Source of the DNA: Candidatus Caldatribacterium sp.
Lineage (GTDB): Bacteria; Atribacterota; Atribacteria; Atribacterales; Caldatribacteriaceae
Assembly (NCBI RefSeq): GCF_025060675.1
Contig: NZ_JANXBI010000036.1
Reading direction: 5' to 3' (one strand)
Length of the DNA: 64,000 nt
In this document: piece after piece, positions 63,132 through 64,000 of the stretch
Numbering within the stretch: position 1 is the first letter of the stretch
Layout: each line of letters opens with the position of its first letter
Program-made: the position numbers and the translations under genes
Notes under the pieces: model-generated
Database searches by the model: none
What the model saw: the letters and a program-made list of their open reading frames with translations, nothing else
Told to the model about the DNA's origin: nothing

Positions 63132-64000
63132 TGGAAGAGCGTATGGAGCGTCCAGCCAAACTTGGGGAACTCCTTGTGAAGAAGCAGCGGATCACCCCCG
63201 AGCAGCTTGAGAAAGCCCTTGAGATCCAGAAAAAGACTGGGGAAAAATTGGGAGAAATTCTCCAGAAGATGGGTCTTGTGGGAAGCCGGGAAGTCTACGA
63301 GGTCCTGGCAGAGCAGCTTGGTACCCTTTATGTGGACCTCGATAGCTACGTCATCGACCCAAAGGTTGTGGCCCTCCTTCCTGAAAAGTTCTGCCGGCAG
63401 TACCAGGTTATCCCCGTGGGGGAAGAGGGGAACACCCTCATCCTTGCCATGGCAAACCCTGTGGATGTCATGACCATCGATCGGATACGGCTCATGACCA
63501 AGCGCGAAATTCGGCCAGTTGTAGCCAGTCCGCAGGATATTGAAAAGGCGCTCAATGCCTACTACGGGGTTGGTGAGACTGTTGAGGAGCTCATTCGGGA
63601 GGCGGAAACCAAAGAGGGCATTGTGCTTCCTGAGGAAGAGGAGGAGCTCCGCATCGACCAGCTCAAGGCTCTTGGGGAGGAAGCCCCCATCATCCGGGTG
63701 GTGAACATGATTATCCTCCAGGCGATTCGCTCTGGGGCAAGCGACATCCACATTGAACCCCAGGAGAATGAGGTCCGGATTCGTTTCCGCATCGATGGTA
63801 TCCTCCATGATATCACCTCAACCCCTATCCGGGTGCATCCAGCTATCGTCTCCCGTGTGAAAATCCTCTCTCGGATGAACATCGCAGAGCGGCGCCTGCC
63901 CCAGGATGGCCGCTTTCAAGTCACTGTGGACAACCGTACGGTGGATTTCCGGGTTTCCTCCCTTCCCACGATTTTCGGTGAGAAAATCGTCATGCGGATT
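63131..64000 (+). CDS. Type IV pilus / type II secretion assembly ATPase (PilB/GspE family), N-terminal part; 3' end lies outside the window
   Basis: It is not in the ORF track because no stop lies inside the window. It starts at an ATG overlapping the aroE stop (TAATG). It has the N-terminal T2SSE_N domain (LGELLVKKQRITPEQLEKALEIQKKTGEKLGEIL), APIIRVVN, ASDIHIEP and LPQDGRF. Confidence 0.85.
   Translation, partial: MEERMERPAKLGELLVKKQRITPEQLEKALEIQKKTGEKLGEILQKMGLVGSREVYEVLAEQLGTLYVDLDSYVIDPKVVALLPEKFCRQYQVIPVGEEGNTLILAMANPVDVMTIDRIRLMTKREIRPVVASPQDIEKALNAYYGVGETVEELIREAETKEGIVLPEEEEELRIDQLKALGEEAPIIRVVNMIILQAIRSGASDIHIEPQENEVRIRFRIDGILHDITSTPIRVHPAIVSRVKILSRMNIAERRLPQDGRFQVTVDNRTVDFRVSSLPTIFGEKIVMRI

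Noticed and set aside
1-64000. A scan for CRISPR arrays, IS elements or transposases, integrases, prophage or defence-island genes, rRNA and tRNA genes.
   Set aside because: - No direct-repeat/spacer pattern is present.
- No transposase- or integrase-like ORFs are present.
- No intergenic region is long enough, apart from 27110-27348 and 54678-54911, and neither shows a tRNA cloverleaf.
- Composition looks uniform, so no horizontally acquired island is evident.

Overview
This 64-kb window is a densely packed, moderately GC-rich bacterial chromosomal segment. Proteins are rich in E/K/R/L/V, which looks thermophile-like, and gene content points to an anaerobe. I did not identify the taxon. I could support about 58 protein genes, and nearly all are housekeeping or central metabolism. 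I found no rRNA, tRNA, CRISPR array, transposase, integrase or prophage signal. Many neighbouring genes overlap by 1-60 nt (ATGA, GTGA and TGATG junctions), so most of the window reads as a few long, translationally coupled operons. Long antisense ORFs in the track are composition artefacts.

Gene order:
- Lon-like protease (5' end outside the window), MFS transporter, Cache/HAMP methyl-accepting chemotaxis protein, fba, tal.
- Divergent DUF6062-like gene, then arginase-fold gene, TPR protein, mgtE.
- Two tandem lipoproteins, nth.
- Na+/solute symporter, Zn-ADH, radical SAM/SPASM.
- DRG-like GTPase, orphan parA-like gene overlapping ftsZ.
- DUF4432 epimerase-like gene, slt, polX, nadE, leuCD-type dehydratase, glyA, nfu, corrinoid protein.
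- A roughly 16-kb C1/folate operon: fhs, two HdrA-like genes, an MvhD-like gene, metV, metF, hdrC-like gene, a 1473-aa HdrL-type fusion, mvhD, three Flx/sulfhydrogenase-like electron-transfer genes, folC, methyl-THF:corrinoid methyltransferase.
- Two unknown proteins, then hydF-aspA-purH on the minus strand.
- rbsK-mgtC-hisS-aspS.
- A strong promoter with a structured leader, then rpsA (seven S1 repeats), LarE-like PP-loop gene, alaS, ruvX, mltG, yqeG, aroE, and pilB/gspE (3' end outside the window).

The most interesting part is the Hdr/Flx/MetFV cluster at 28.1-44.1 kb. It combines modules known separately from acetogens and sulfate reducers, it lacks any HdrB (CCG-domain) subunit, and it carries a cofactor-depleted paralogue of the HdrL-MvhD module. 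Secondary leads are the ParA-like/FtsZ overlap, a bacterial DRG-type GTPase with altered G3/G4 motifs, a symporter-ADH-radical SAM trio, hydF next to an aspartase-like gene, and a candidate structured RNA upstream of rpsA. All functional calls come from motif recognition by eye, and none was checked against a database.
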